A stretch of 64,000 bases of DNA, from IMG/VR virus record IMGVR_UViG_3300018080_008375, positions 35,822-99,821 of that record. One strand, given 5' to 3'. Positions 8,011-17,468 of this stretch are shown here, piece by piece. The stretch is from a virus. Below the pieces are notes generated by a model. That model saw only the letters and a program-made list of their open reading frames with translations. It was not told where the DNA came from and ran no database searches. Both the position numbers and the translations under genes were made by a program. Positions within the stretch are counted from its first letter, which is position 1, and the number at the start of each line of letters is the position of its first letter.

Positions 8011-8544
8011 ATGGAAGTTCACTGGATAGCCGCTATTTCCGCCATCTTGCCCATGGCGTTTCTGCAGAGCGTCATACACCAGCTGTCGCACGGACTGGCA
8101 ATGCGGATTGGATGGAAGTGGGGGTTTAAAATACATCCGCTCCCATCCAAGGGGGCGTCTGGCGTTGTATGGCCGCATGTGACATACAGGATGTGTAGTA
8201 AATCGTGCGATCTGGACATGTTCGGAAAGGCTATCGCATCTATTGCGCCAAAAATAGCGAATGTCGTCTTGGTCATGGCATCTGGCATTGCCATAACTCA
8301 GTTGCTTAATCCAACGCTTCTGACCCTTCTGCTCATGTTCGCCTTGGCGAACACAGTCGACTTCATGTCTGCGTTGTCAATATTTCGCAAAAGCGGCACT
8401 TCGGACATATGGAGGTTTTCCAACTACACCGGAATCGAAACCAGTCATGTAAGATGGTTCGTGGCTGCAATTTCATTTTTGCTGCTGCTGCTAGTTGTCG
8501 TGTCTTTTTTCGGTCGGGTGCTTCCACAGACGGGAATATTATGA
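8011..8544 (+). CDS. Integral membrane protein
   Basis: Several hydrophobic segments; HQLSH (degenerate HExxH). Confidence 0.55.
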   Translation: MEVHWIAAISAILPMAFLQSVIHQLSHGLAMRIGWKWGFKIHPLPSKGASGVVWPHVTYRMCSKSCDLDMFGKAIASIAPKIANVVLVMASGIAITQLLNPTLLTLLLMFALANTVDFMSALSIFRKSGTSDIWRFSNYTGIETSHVRWFVAAISFLLLLLVVVSFFGRVLPQTGIL

Positions 8545-9650
8545 ATCGCATCATTAGGTCGAGAGTGCGCGGCGCCATTGTCGGAACGGCGATAGGCGAT
8601 GCGCTCGGGATGCCCGCGGAGGGCATGACGCCACAAGCCATAGCCCAGATGTACGGTCGCCTTCGTTCTTTTGCGAATCCTAAAGGGGGGACCTGGGCGC
8701 ATACACATCATCAGCTTGGGCGAGGGCAGTGGACGGACGACACGCAGCTTATGCTCGCCATTGGCGAATCGCTTTTGGCAAAGAAGCATGTCGATTTCCG
8801 GGACATCGCGGACAGGCATATATCCGCGATGGCGGAAAAGCGCGGATGGGGCGGATCGACGGTCACCGGCGTTTCCAAGATACGCGCCGGAGTGAATTGG
8901 TGGAACTCCGCCAAGCCGGAAGGCGCAGGCAACGGAACGCCCATGAAGATTGCGGCTGTCGGAGCGGTTGCCGGATTAGGTTTCCTCAAGCCGTTTGACA
9001 TGGCGTCGACGGTGATCAACATTTCTCGCATGACGCACGGCGACCCGCGGTCTGCGATAGCCGGCATCATCCAGGCTGAAGCCATCGCCATTGCAATCAA
9101 GGGAGGACCAGCGGCCCTCCGCTTGTATCTTGCCCAAGCCGATCAGAGAGCCGAAAGCTGGGAGCGCTGCGTCGGCTCGCAGGCTCCGCTTCTCAGCGCC
9201 AATATGTCTGCCGGTCAGAGTATCATCATGCGCGGCGGCGATCTTGAAAACCTTAGGTCCGCGCTGCGAGCCGGATGCTTCGTGGTGCAGTCGTTCCCAT
9301 TCACAATTTCGGCCGTTCTCCTGATGTTCGACCTGCCGCCCGACGAATGCCTGTCCAGGATCGTCGAGCAGGGGGGCGATACCGACACTACCGGCGCCAT
9401 GGCTGGCGCGGTGCTTGGGGCGGCGCATGGCATGGCGTCGTTCCCGGCGCGGCTCAGGCGCGGACTTGAGGGCTATAAAAGGCTTATTGCTCTTGCTGAC
9501 GGACTGTGCGCGATGACGGACATGTCGGAGCGTCCATGCGTAAGCGGGAAGTCGTTTTCCAGACCAAAGATTTCCTTTTCGCGCGGCAACGAAAAGCCAA
9601 AGACCTGCCAGCCTTTGGCTGACCTGGCGTTGTCAGCGGAGGGGATGTGA
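8541..9650 (+). CDS. ADP-ribosylglycohydrolase (DraG/ARH family)
   Basis: GTAIGDALG, GQWTDDTQ, GNG, THGDP, GGDTDTTGAMAGA. Confidence 0.92.
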   Translation: MNRIIRSRVRGAIVGTAIGDALGMPAEGMTPQAIAQMYGRLRSFANPKGGTWAHTHHQLGRGQWTDDTQLMLAIGESLLAKKHVDFRDIADRHISAMAEKRGWGGSTVTGVSKIRAGVNWWNSAKPEGAGNGTPMKIAAVGAVAGLGFLKPFDMASTVINISRMTHGDPRSAIAGIIQAEAIAIAIKGGPAALRLYLAQADQRAESWERCVGSQAPLLSANMSAGQSIIMRGGDLENLRSALRAGCFVVQSFPFTISAVLLMFDLPPDECLSRIVEQGGDTDTTGAMAGAVLGAAHGMASFPARLRRGLEGYKRLIALADGLCAMTDMSERPCVSGKSFSRPKISFSRGNEKPKTCQPLADLALSAEGM

Positions 9651-10453
9651 TGTACCATTACGATCTTCAGCTCAAGCGCGGCGGCAATCTCGTATGTATG
9701 GAATGGTCGCGCGAAAATGAAAGGTACGAAGAGCGCATCCTGGATAGCGAGGAGATTCCGTTTCACCTCACGAGCACATTGTGCACCGAGCGTGGGGCGA
9801 CATTGCGCGACATCCTGCGCGTGACCGGAAGGCACCCTGAAATTTTTGCCGCAGTGACCGACTGTCCGGCGTTACAGATGTTCGTGGACGAGGCTTTCGA
9901 GGACAGGGGCGAGGACGAGTGCTGCTGCGGCAGCCTGATGGCGCTGGAGCTGGGATGGGTTGCGTTGGCGGACGCTGAGAACGGGGAGATCGTGCTTTAC
10001 GAGCATATGAATTTTCAAGGAAGGGCGCACGACGGAGACGCCATAGGTTTGGAATTTTCGCATGTCGGCGACCTGGCCGATGTGCCGATAGAGATAGACG
10101 ACACCATGATGGTTCGGGAGGGCAGCAATGCCGAAAACATACTGTTTTCGGCAAGAAGGCCAATGACGCTCGAAGAGGTTGCCAGAGGCATCGTGGGCGA
10201 GCTGGCGTTTTTCGGAACGCCGGAAAACAGGGCGAAAGAGGCGGAAGGCTTGAAAAGAGCGGTTGAGGAGGTTGACTCGGGCTCCGCCAAGCTATATAGT
10301 TTGGAAGAGGTAATGAGCAGGATTGAGGCAAGGGCTGATGGGGAAAAGCGTAAGTTTCCGTGCCGCAAGTGCGGGAAAGATTCGCGCTGCGCTTGCTTCG
10401 GCAAGCCTGCCGACATTTGCCACGAATGCTTTACAAAAATGGAGGAAGACTGA
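9647..10453 (+). CDS. Hypothetical protein
   Basis: Translationally coupled ORF; C-terminal Cys cluster. Confidence 0.6.
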   Translation: MMYHYDLQLKRGGNLVCMEWSRENERYEERILDSEEIPFHLTSTLCTERGATLRDILRVTGRHPEIFAAVTDCPALQMFVDEAFEDRGEDECCCGSLMALELGWVALADAENGEIVLYEHMNFQGRAHDGDAIGLEFSHVGDLADVPIEIDDTMMVREGSNAENILFSARRPMTLEEVARGIVGELAFFGTPENRAKEAEGLKRAVEEVDSGSAKLYSLEEVMSRIEARADGEKRKFPCRKCGKDSRCACFGKPADICHECFTKMEED

Positions 10454-10935
10454 TGAGCAACAAGGAAAAGACAGAAGGGTTGGGAATCAAAGAAACTTTC
10501 GATGTACTGCTGGTGGACGCCATCAAAGCGAACGACACGAAGACAAAAAATTTTATTAGGCAGATGCGCGCCAAGGTGTCCGAGCACTGCCTGGCAAACA
10601 ACCTTCCGCGAGACTCGGCTGACCAGGATATCTGGCTCAAGGTCATGAGCGTTTACAAAAAGTCTATCGCAAAGGCGTTGGAACTGATGGAACGCCGCGG
10701 GGCGGGAGACAGCGAACTGGCTGAAGAGTACAAGTTCGAGGTGGATTTCTGTAACAAGTACCTGCCCAGGCCGCTCGGCTATGACGAAGTGCTTGGGCTT
10801 GTCAAGCAGGCTGTGTCAGATATCGGTCCAAACGCAAAGGTTGGTCAGGTTGTGGGCGTTGTGGTGAATGGTTCCGTACCTGGCACCGTAGATGCTGTTC
10901 TGGCAAAAAGGGCGGCAACGGAAATTCTAGGCTGA
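10453..10935 (+). CDS. GatB/YqeY-like domain protein
   Basis: E...YLPRPL..DEV..LV...GQVVG pattern of YqeY. Confidence 0.7.
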   Translation: MSNKEKTEGLGIKETFDVLLVDAIKANDTKTKNFIRQMRAKVSEHCLANNLPRDSADQDIWLKVMSVYKKSIAKALELMERRGAGDSELAEEYKFEVDFCNKYLPRPLGYDEVLGLVKQAVSDIGPNAKVGQVVGVVVNGSVPGTVDAVLAKRAATEILG

Positions 10936-11405
10936 TGGGCGACGAGCTTACTCGTAAAGAAGCGAAGAGGGTAAGGGCTTTCCGCAAGGAGCTTGAGCAC
11001 TGGAAAGAGATCCTTATGATGGATCCTCTTTGGGACATACGCTTATCGGTCGTCAGCGACGACAGTAAAGCGTTCAGCAAGTCGGCCGTCGAGCGAAGTG
11101 GCAAAAAATTCATTAAGAGATCGTTCTGCGATTTATCCAAGACGGAATACTATTCCGGCGACATAGGGCTAGCCAGAAGTGCGCTGTCCGTTCCGGAATC
11201 CGAAGCCGAGCATATGAGGCGTGACACGATGTCGCACGAGATGATCCACTTCCTGACCGCAGACTATCATCGGGCAGCCCTGGCGGCCGCTGGAGGCGAC
11301 CAGAGGGTGATAAACGAGCTGGCATACAGGTACGAACAGCTGGTTGTGCGCATTGCCGCGATAGTCTGTGCCTTGGATGCCGAAATACGCGACGAGGGCA
11401 AGTAA
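10935..11405 (+). CDS. Hypothetical zincin-like protein
   Basis: HEMIH motif. Confidence 0.5.
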   Translation: MGDELTRKEAKRVRAFRKELEHWKEILMMDPLWDIRLSVVSDDSKAFSKSAVERSGKKFIKRSFCDLSKTEYYSGDIGLARSALSVPESEAEHMRRDTMSHEMIHFLTADYHRAALAAAGGDQRVINELAYRYEQLVVRIAAIVCALDAEIRDEGK

Positions 11406-12079
11406 TGGACGACCATCCGATATATAGTTTGCGCCAGGCGTGCTATGACTGTCGCGACTGTCCGCTGGGAAACCGTCTTGTGAATGGCTTGGATCCGCAT
11501 GTGTTCGCGGGCGGAAACATACATGCCAGCATAATGTTCGTGGGCGAGGCTCCGGGAGCGGAGGAGGTCAGGCAGAAAAGACCTTTGGTGGGGCGGTCCG
11601 GATGGTTTTATGAGAACCACATACTTGCCGGAGCAGGTTTGTTCAGACGCAGTGTATATACCACCAATGCTGTGTTATGTCGACCCGACGAGAAAAACCG
11701 CACGCCGAATTCGTCGGAAATAGACGCATGCCGCAGGCATTTGGACGCCCAGGTGCTATTTGTGAGACCCAAGCTGATTGTGACTCTCGGTAACGCGCCG
11801 CTGTACGCCCTGTGCGGAATAGGCGGCATAACCAAGTATCGCGGAAAGCTCCGCAACTCGAACCCATGGTCTGACGGAAGCATTACCAAGGTGTTTCCGA
11901 TGTTCCATCCGGCATACTGCCTGAGGGGGAGCGGTCTGAAGGAGACCAAGGAGGACTACGAGGCGCTGGGCAGGATGGCGCTGGAGTTCGAGCAAAGCAT
12001 AGCCGGCAAAGAGGACGTCAGGTGCGTGCAGGAGTTGTACCGGGTCGCAGAGGAAGGCAAAGGCAATGGGAGAGCATGA
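11405..12079 (+). CDS. Uracil-DNA glycosylase, family 4
   Basis: CRDCPL, FVGEAPG, TNAVLCRP, HPAY. Confidence 0.92.
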   Translation: MDDHPIYSLRQACYDCRDCPLGNRLVNGLDPHVFAGGNIHASIMFVGEAPGAEEVRQKRPLVGRSGWFYENHILAGAGLFRRSVYTTNAVLCRPDEKNRTPNSSEIDACRRHLDAQVLFVRPKLIVTLGNAPLYALCGIGGITKYRGKLRNSNPWSDGSITKVFPMFHPAYCLRGSGLKETKEDYEALGRMALEFEQSIAGKEDVRCVQELYRVAEEGKGNGRA

Positions 12080-12482
12080 TCAAAAAAGCGGAAAATTTGT
12101 TGTAAAGGTTTCTGGTGACAAACAAAAGTTTGCTACAGGGGCGCAGCGCGACCGGCAAGAAGGCAAGGGAAGGTATGACTTGGTGAGCATATTTGCTTTG
12201 AGAGAAATTGCGCATGTTTATGAAGCCGGAAGCCTTGCGTATGGCGAGCGCAATTGGGAAAAGGGCATGAATCTCAGCAGATTTTTGGACAGCGCACTTC
12301 GTCACACTTTTCAGGTGATAGAGGGCAAGCGGGATGAAAATCATGCTGCGCAAGCCGCCTGGAATCTCATGGCTTTTATTCATACGCGCGAAATGATAAG
12401 CCGCGGCATTCTTCCAAAGAGCTTGGACGACCTTCCGGACTATATGCCAAAATCTGTAGACGAGGATGAAGGGTGCGGATGA
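12066..12482 (+). CDS. DUF5664 / dATP-dGTP diphosphohydrolase-like protein
   Basis: GAQRD..EGKGRYDL, YGERNWEKGM, HAAQAAWN. Confidence 0.8.
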   Translation: MGEHDQKSGKFVVKVSGDKQKFATGAQRDRQEGKGRYDLVSIFALREIAHVYEAGSLAYGERNWEKGMNLSRFLDSALRHTFQVIEGKRDENHAAQAAWNLMAFIHTREMISRGILPKSLDDLPDYMPKSVDEDEGCG

Positions 12483-12691
12483 TGTATGTTTTCTTTATAC
12501 TTGTGGTGGCCTATGTATACGCATGTGCTCTTGCTACAATGTGGTTTTATGACAAGCGGTGGTGGGGAAAAAGTAAAAGGGGTAGAGCCAGGCTTAGGCT
12601 TTGTGTCCATTTGTTTTCGCCATCTCTTCCATGATTTTTCTATTTTGCTGGCTCAAAAGGAATATTTCCGACGCTTTCGGTAAAGAATGAC

Positions 12692-13081
12692 ATGGGATAT
12701 GTTCAGTACATCATAGTCCGCAAGGACCTGGTTACGGAGATGGGAATTGGAAAGACGGCCGCCCAGGTAGCCCATGCGTCGTTGGGCGCGATCCTGGACA
12801 AGGGGAAGCTGGTTGACGACCCCGCAGTGCGCGGGTGGCTGACCGGAGCTTTCACCAAACTGGTGGTGTACGCCAAGACCAGGCAGAAGCTCTTGAATCT
12901 TATAGGGAAATGCCGTGAAGCAGAACTCCGTGTTAAGCCGATTTACGATGCGTGCCGCACCAAGTTGGAACCGGAGGAGCCTGACGGCACCACGCTGACT
13001 TGCGTGGGGCTGTCTCCAGTGCGCGCCGATGAGGTGCCAAAGTTTCTCAAAAAGCTCAGGTTACTGGATGGTGAAAAATGA
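12692..13081 (+). CDS. Peptidyl-tRNA hydrolase, Pth2 type
   Basis: IIVRKDL, GKTAAQVAHA, KLVV, DACRT, TCVGLSP, LRLL. Confidence 0.9.
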   Translation: MGYVQYIIVRKDLVTEMGIGKTAAQVAHASLGAILDKGKLVDDPAVRGWLTGAFTKLVVYAKTRQKLLNLIGKCREAELRVKPIYDACRTKLEPEEPDGTTLTCVGLSPVRADEVPKFLKKLRLLDGEK

Positions 13082-13743
13082 ATGACAGCGAAAGACCAAG
13101 GTGGGACGACACATTTTTGAACATTGCGAGGGAGATTGCCAGGAGGTCCAAGGACCCGTCCACCAAAGTTGGATGCGTCATTGTCGGTCCGGACAATGAG
13201 GTCCGCTCAGTCGGGTACAACTGTTTTCCCAGAGGCATTCGCGACAGTGAGTCAAGGCTTAACGACAGAAGGGAAAAGCTCCTCTTTGTTGAGCATTCCG
13301 AAAGAAACGCCGTGTACAATGCTGCTAGGGCGGGCATTTCTCTAAAGGGCTGTAGGATATACCTTCCTTGGCTTCCGTGTTCCGACTGTGCCAGGGCTAT
13401 AATACAGTCCGGAATAGTAGAGGTTGTTACTGACAATCCCAATGTGCCAGCCAGGTGGCGCAGGGATTTTGCCGTATCGCTGACGATGTTACATGAGGCT
13501 GGCGTGCTGATCAGACGGCCCGGAGGCCGGCCTGTAAATATCTGCGCAGTTATGGGGCGAGCATGGGTAGGCAAAACTATAAAAACGCGCGATGGAGAAA
13601 AGCGTACGATCAAGTATGTTTATTTTAACGCTAGTGGCGAGATTATTGTGTCGTTCAAAGAAGTTGCCCTGCTTGAAACAGCCAGGTCTTTCGCCGACGT
13701 CGAGCGGCGCATTGTCGAACCGGAGGCGGCTATTGTCCCTTGA
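13078..13743 (+). CDS. dCMP deaminase
   Basis: RSKDPSTKVG, HSERNA, PCSDC. Confidence 0.9.
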   Translation: MNDSERPRWDDTFLNIAREIARRSKDPSTKVGCVIVGPDNEVRSVGYNCFPRGIRDSESRLNDRREKLLFVEHSERNAVYNAARAGISLKGCRIYLPWLPCSDCARAIIQSGIVEVVTDNPNVPARWRRDFAVSLTMLHEAGVLIRRPGGRPVNICAVMGRAWVGKTIKTRDGEKRTIKYVYFNASGEIIVSFKEVALLETARSFADVERRIVEPEAAIVP

Positions 13744-13759
13744 AAAGGGTGTGAGATGA

Positions 13760-14110
13760 ATGCGCGTTGTTTTGTGTCTCGGATGCTGGGGAGCTGTTCA
13801 TGGCGACGGATTCGTCATGTGCCCCGGCGTTTCCAATGAAATATTGGATATAACTGGCGGAACAAAGAGGAATGCGGATATAGTTGACCATCTGGACTCG
13901 CATTACGGTTTGTTCGACAAGCCGCTGCTCAACAATGTGCACACTGCTCTGTTCGGGCTGAAGGAGAAGTTCAGCACGGCGTCCAGCCCGCTGTTCGGAG
14001 AAAAAGAGTTCCGAAGGCTGGAGCGGTTCTGCGTGGCGCATGCAAAATGCGGCCTGTTCCTGCGGCTTGAGATGAAAGGAAACGGGGATGAAGAAGGTCC
14101 TGGTGGTTGA
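13760..14110 (+). CDS. Hypothetical protein
   Basis: Fits the gene packing. Confidence 0.5.
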   Translation: MRVVLCLGCWGAVHGDGFVMCPGVSNEILDITGGTKRNADIVDHLDSHYGLFDKPLLNNVHTALFGLKEKFSTASSPLFGEKEFRRLERFCVAHAKCGLFLRLEMKGNGDEEGPGG

Positions 14111-14582
14111 TATTGACGGAACCATGGTTGACAACGATCACAAGGTCAGGGAGTTGTCGGACAGGTTCGGAAAAGGTCCGAACCATTGGGATGAGAAAAT
14201 GTGCGACGAGTTCTTCTCCGAGTGGTTCTATCCGTTTGCCGGCGCTTTGCTTCTGCCACAGACGGCGAAGCGGATGGGGGCGGAGTTTGTCTTTCTGACA
14301 GGAAGGTCCGAATGCTACAGGGGGCAGACGGAGCAGATGCTCGACAACGATTTTAAACTCGACTGCGACCGGACCCCCCTGTTCATGAGGTCCGACGGAG
14401 ACCGGCGGCCGAGCCATGTCGCCAAGACGGAGCTTGCCGAGCGGACCGTGGTGCCGATATACAGGGACAGCGTGCTCGTGTTCCTGGACGACGACGAAGC
14501 GTGCCTTGGGGAGTACAACAAATACGGGGTCGCCCTGAAGGCACCAAGATGCTGGGACGCCTTGGCATTCTGGACGGACTGA
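14088..14582 (+). CDS. HAD-family phosphatase (PNKP 3'-phosphatase-like)
   Basis: DIDGT, LTGRSE, LFMR..GDRR, FLDDD. Confidence 0.8.
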   Translation: MKKVLVVDIDGTMVDNDHKVRELSDRFGKGPNHWDEKMCDEFFSEWFYPFAGALLLPQTAKRMGAEFVFLTGRSECYRGQTEQMLDNDFKLDCDRTPLFMRSDGDRRPSHVAKTELAERTVVPIYRDSVLVFLDDDEACLGEYNKYGVALKAPRCWDALAFWTD

Positions 14583-14592
14583 GAGGGAGCAG

Positions 14593-14946
14593 ATGCAGTC
14601 AAAGCTGACAGACAGAAACATAGATGTCAAAAACATCACAAAAGCCGTTGTAAAGGAGCTGGGACTGCTTGCCGCCCAGCAGGACGGCAGCCTTACGCTG
14701 ATCAACAAGCTGCAAGCCATGTCCTCGGATGGTCTTGAGCATCTGGACAGCCGCGAAGCTGTCATGCAGCTGACGCATGCTGTCGGCAACCTGTCGTTTG
14801 ACACCCTTGGCAACAGGGTTAGCGAGCGAATGATCGCTCCGGTGGCCATATGGCTGCTAAGGCTGTGCTCGGCCAACAGCATCAGGTTCGAGAATGTCCT
14901 GAAGGTTACGAGGGATTGCCTGGGGAGCAAAAAAGTGTCGACCTGA
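14593..14946 (+). CDS. Hypothetical protein
   Basis: SD GGAG; gene packing. Confidence 0.5.
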   Translation: MQSKLTDRNIDVKNITKAVVKELGLLAAQQDGSLTLINKLQAMSSDGLEHLDSREAVMQLTHAVGNLSFDTLGNRVSERMIAPVAIWLLRLCSANSIRFENVLKVTRDCLGSKKVST

Positions 14947-15050
14947 GCGTCCCGGCACAATGGTAATGGGTACGGCCTCCTGGAGCCGGACCAGGGAATA
15001 ACCCGGATTTGTGGTTGACGCGTAGCTGTCCGGGAGGCCCATCCAAAAAC

Positions 15051-15284
15051 ATGAACAAACACGCCGACTTCCTGATTGCCTTGGCGGACGCCCTCGACGA
15101 GGAGGGCGAATTCGAAAAGGCCGACATAATCGACAAGGATTTCGAGGAGTTTTTGAAGCTTCTCGAAAGCGGCGAGCTTGTGTTCGACGAGCAGTTCTCC
15201 GGAGGCGCAAGGGACCCGAGGGGTCCCTATAGTTCCTGGGGGCGTACCGACACGCCAGTCTTCGGAATATCCGGACCGCAGTAG
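15051..15284 (+). CDS. Small hypothetical protein with LxxLADxLDxxG motif
   Basis: Motif shared with ORF 62103-62768. Confidence 0.55.
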   Translation: MNKHADFLIALADALDEEGEFEKADIIDKDFEEFLKLLESGELVFDEQFSGGARDPRGPYSSWGRTDTPVFGISGPQ

Positions 15285-15326
15285 AAAGACCATCCCGCCT
15301 TCATGGCGGTCCGTGAAAGACAACCA

Positions 15327-16097
15327 ATGAAAATTTGTGCAATAGACGAAGTGGGCTGTGCTTCCCTATCTGGGCCGGTATTCGTCTGCGCTGTCATAGT
15401 AGACAGTTGCGTGAAGCCCGTCCCTGGTATCGCTGATTCCAAGCAGCTTACAAAGAAGAAGCGTGAAGTCCTATTCCCAGCTATTGAAGAAGCTGTGGAC
15501 GACTTCGCGTACGGAGCGGCAGGTCCGAGAAAGATTGAGGAGCTGAACATCCACCACGCCAAGCTCCTGGCCATGAGGCAGGCCGTCGAGAAGCTTCTTG
15601 CGCGCGGTCACCATCCGAAGCGCACCATAGTCGATGGCGGCTTCACGGTGCCGGGACTGCCCCTCTACATCAACCAGGAAGCCGTACCGAAAGCCGACAG
15701 GGACTTTTGGGAGGTTTCTGCCGCATCAATATTGGCCAAGGTCACGCGCGACCGCCTGATGGCCAACCTCGCTTCCCGCCCTGGTCTGGGGCATTACGAT
15801 TGGGAGAACAACGCCGGATACTACACCGCCAAGCACCGGGACGGCATCGTTCTTCACGGACTCACCGCATACCACAGAAAAACATTCGACATGGTGAAAT
15901 ACTGCGCGTTTCTGCGCGCGGAATACAAGGAATGCCTTGAAAAAGGCGACCCCGAGGAATACTTTGAGGAGGAGTCCCGCAGGATCGAGCGTTTCGGAAG
16001 CGGTCCGTACTGCGGCTACAGGGCCTGGAAGCGCGGGGAGTTCAACACCTGGAAGCCGGTAATGGCAGGGAGCGAAGACAATGAAGAAGAAATCTAG
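15327..16097 (+). CDS. rnhB: Ribonuclease HII
   Basis: IDEVGCASLSGP, DSKQL, VDG, KAD, AASILAKVTRD, HRKTF. Confidence 0.92.
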   Translation: MKICAIDEVGCASLSGPVFVCAVIVDSCVKPVPGIADSKQLTKKKREVLFPAIEEAVDDFAYGAAGPRKIEELNIHHAKLLAMRQAVEKLLARGHHPKRTIVDGGFTVPGLPLYINQEAVPKADRDFWEVSAASILAKVTRDRLMANLASRPGLGHYDWENNAGYYTAKHRDGIVLHGLTAYHRKTFDMVKYCAFLRAEYKECLEKGDPEEYFEEESRRIERFGSGPYCGYRAWKRGEFNTWKPVMAGSEDNEEEI

Positions 16098-17211
16098 TAT
16101 TGTTGCGGCTCTTTTGGTCGCGCTTTTTCTGGCGTCTTGCGCCGTCGTTGTCCGCATGGGCGTCTGGGACGAGTACGAGCGACAGGCAGCCGCCAACCCC
16201 GAGATGACATGTACGCCCAGCATGTTTGGCGAGGCGTGGCACAGGCTGAAATCAGACCACCTGACCAAGATGACGGACGCTCAGCTCATGAGGGGTGCCA
16301 TGGGCGGTCTTGAGAGGGCGGCGGAGAAGTCGGTGGAGATGACTGACCGAGCCCTGTACAATCCGTCCGCCAACGCGTTTCTCGATATTCTGCGTGTCAT
16401 CAGCTTTGAGGCGTCGACATACGAGGCGCTGTGCTATTCTTCGATCAGGGGGATGCTGAAAGCCGCCCAGGACAGGTACTCTTATCTGGTGGAGGCCAGG
16501 CTGGGCAGGCAGTGGCTTGAAGACTCGCTCGGTGGCAAATGGATCGCCGGCAAGACCGAGCGGTCCATTCCATCCTGTAGCATGAAGCATGGCGTGCCGT
16601 ACTGCTGGATACCCGCTTTCGGCGCAGGAATGGCGGACATGCTGGCAGACAGAATGCGCAGCACTTTCGGCGTGTGGCCGGGAGCCATCATAATCGACCT
16701 GCGGTCCAACGGCGGCGGCTTCATAGAGTCGGCGGCGGCGGTGGCGAGCAGGTTCTGGCTAGGCAGGAAAACCTCCGCGTACCTTGTCGGTCGCAAGGTG
16801 ACAAGGGCTACGAACGGCGGGGTCATCGCGGTGAGCGGAAAGTATCGCAGGCCGCTCCTCAGAAGTTCGCGCACGGTCGTGCTGGTGGACGGGAACACCA
16901 TGTCAGCAGCCGAGATGCTTGCTGCCGCGCTCAGGGCGTACGGCATGGCGACTCTGGTTGGGCGGACCACCGGCGGCAAGGGGGAAATCCAGACCCCCGA
17001 GTTTATCGAGGGGGCCGTGATGGTACATACGACGATGCGCTTTCTGGACCCCCTCTACAACGAGGTTGGGGGCACGGGCGTCCGGCCGCACGTGCGGTCC
17101 GTTCTGAGGCTGGGCGACCTTCAGTTCTACGGGCATGACAGTCAGTTGGCTGAGGCAGCCAAGATACTCAGTGATGGACATCAAGATAATCTCGAACGGC
17201 AAGGAGCATGA
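16081..17211 (+). CDS. S41 C-terminal processing protease (CtpA-like, no evident PDZ)
   Basis: N-terminal anchor; IDLRSNGGG, TMSAAE, GRTTGGKG. Confidence 0.85.
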   Translation: MKKKSSIVAALLVALFLASCAVVVRMGVWDEYERQAAANPEMTCTPSMFGEAWHRLKSDHLTKMTDAQLMRGAMGGLERAAEKSVEMTDRALYNPSANAFLDILRVISFEASTYEALCYSSIRGMLKAAQDRYSYLVEARLGRQWLEDSLGGKWIAGKTERSIPSCSMKHGVPYCWIPAFGAGMADMLADRMRSTFGVWPGAIIIDLRSNGGGFIESAAAVASRFWLGRKTSAYLVGRKVTRATNGGVIAVSGKYRRPLLRSSRTVVLVDGNTMSAAEMLAAALRAYGMATLVGRTTGGKGEIQTPEFIEGAVMVHTTMRFLDPLYNEVGGTGVRPHVRSVLRLGDLQFYGHDSQLAEAAKILSDGHQDNLERQGA

Positions 17212-17467
17212 GGCAAAAGCCGTTCCGGTGTCTGACCTGGAAAATCAGATGGTGGTGATCAGAGCCAGGTCGGCGGAGGACGCAGAAAAGATACAGGAGG
17301 CGCTGGAAGACATTGAGGTGCTGAACAGCTGCAACAATGTCAGTTTTCTGATCCTGGATGGAAAAATCGAGATCGAAACCGTCCGTCCGACGGACTTCAG
17401 GTCAATCCCGAAGCCGGTCTTGCGCAAAAGGCTGTCCAGGGCATGGCAGGTGTTGAAAGGATATTGA
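17174..17467 (+). CDS. Hypothetical protein
   Basis: Gene packing. Confidence 0.5.
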   Translation: MDIKIISNGKEHEAKAVPVSDLENQMVVIRARSAEDAEKIQEALEDIEVLNSCNNVSFLILDGKIEIETVRPTDFRSIPKPVLRKRLSRAWQVLKGY

Positions 17468-17468
17468 A

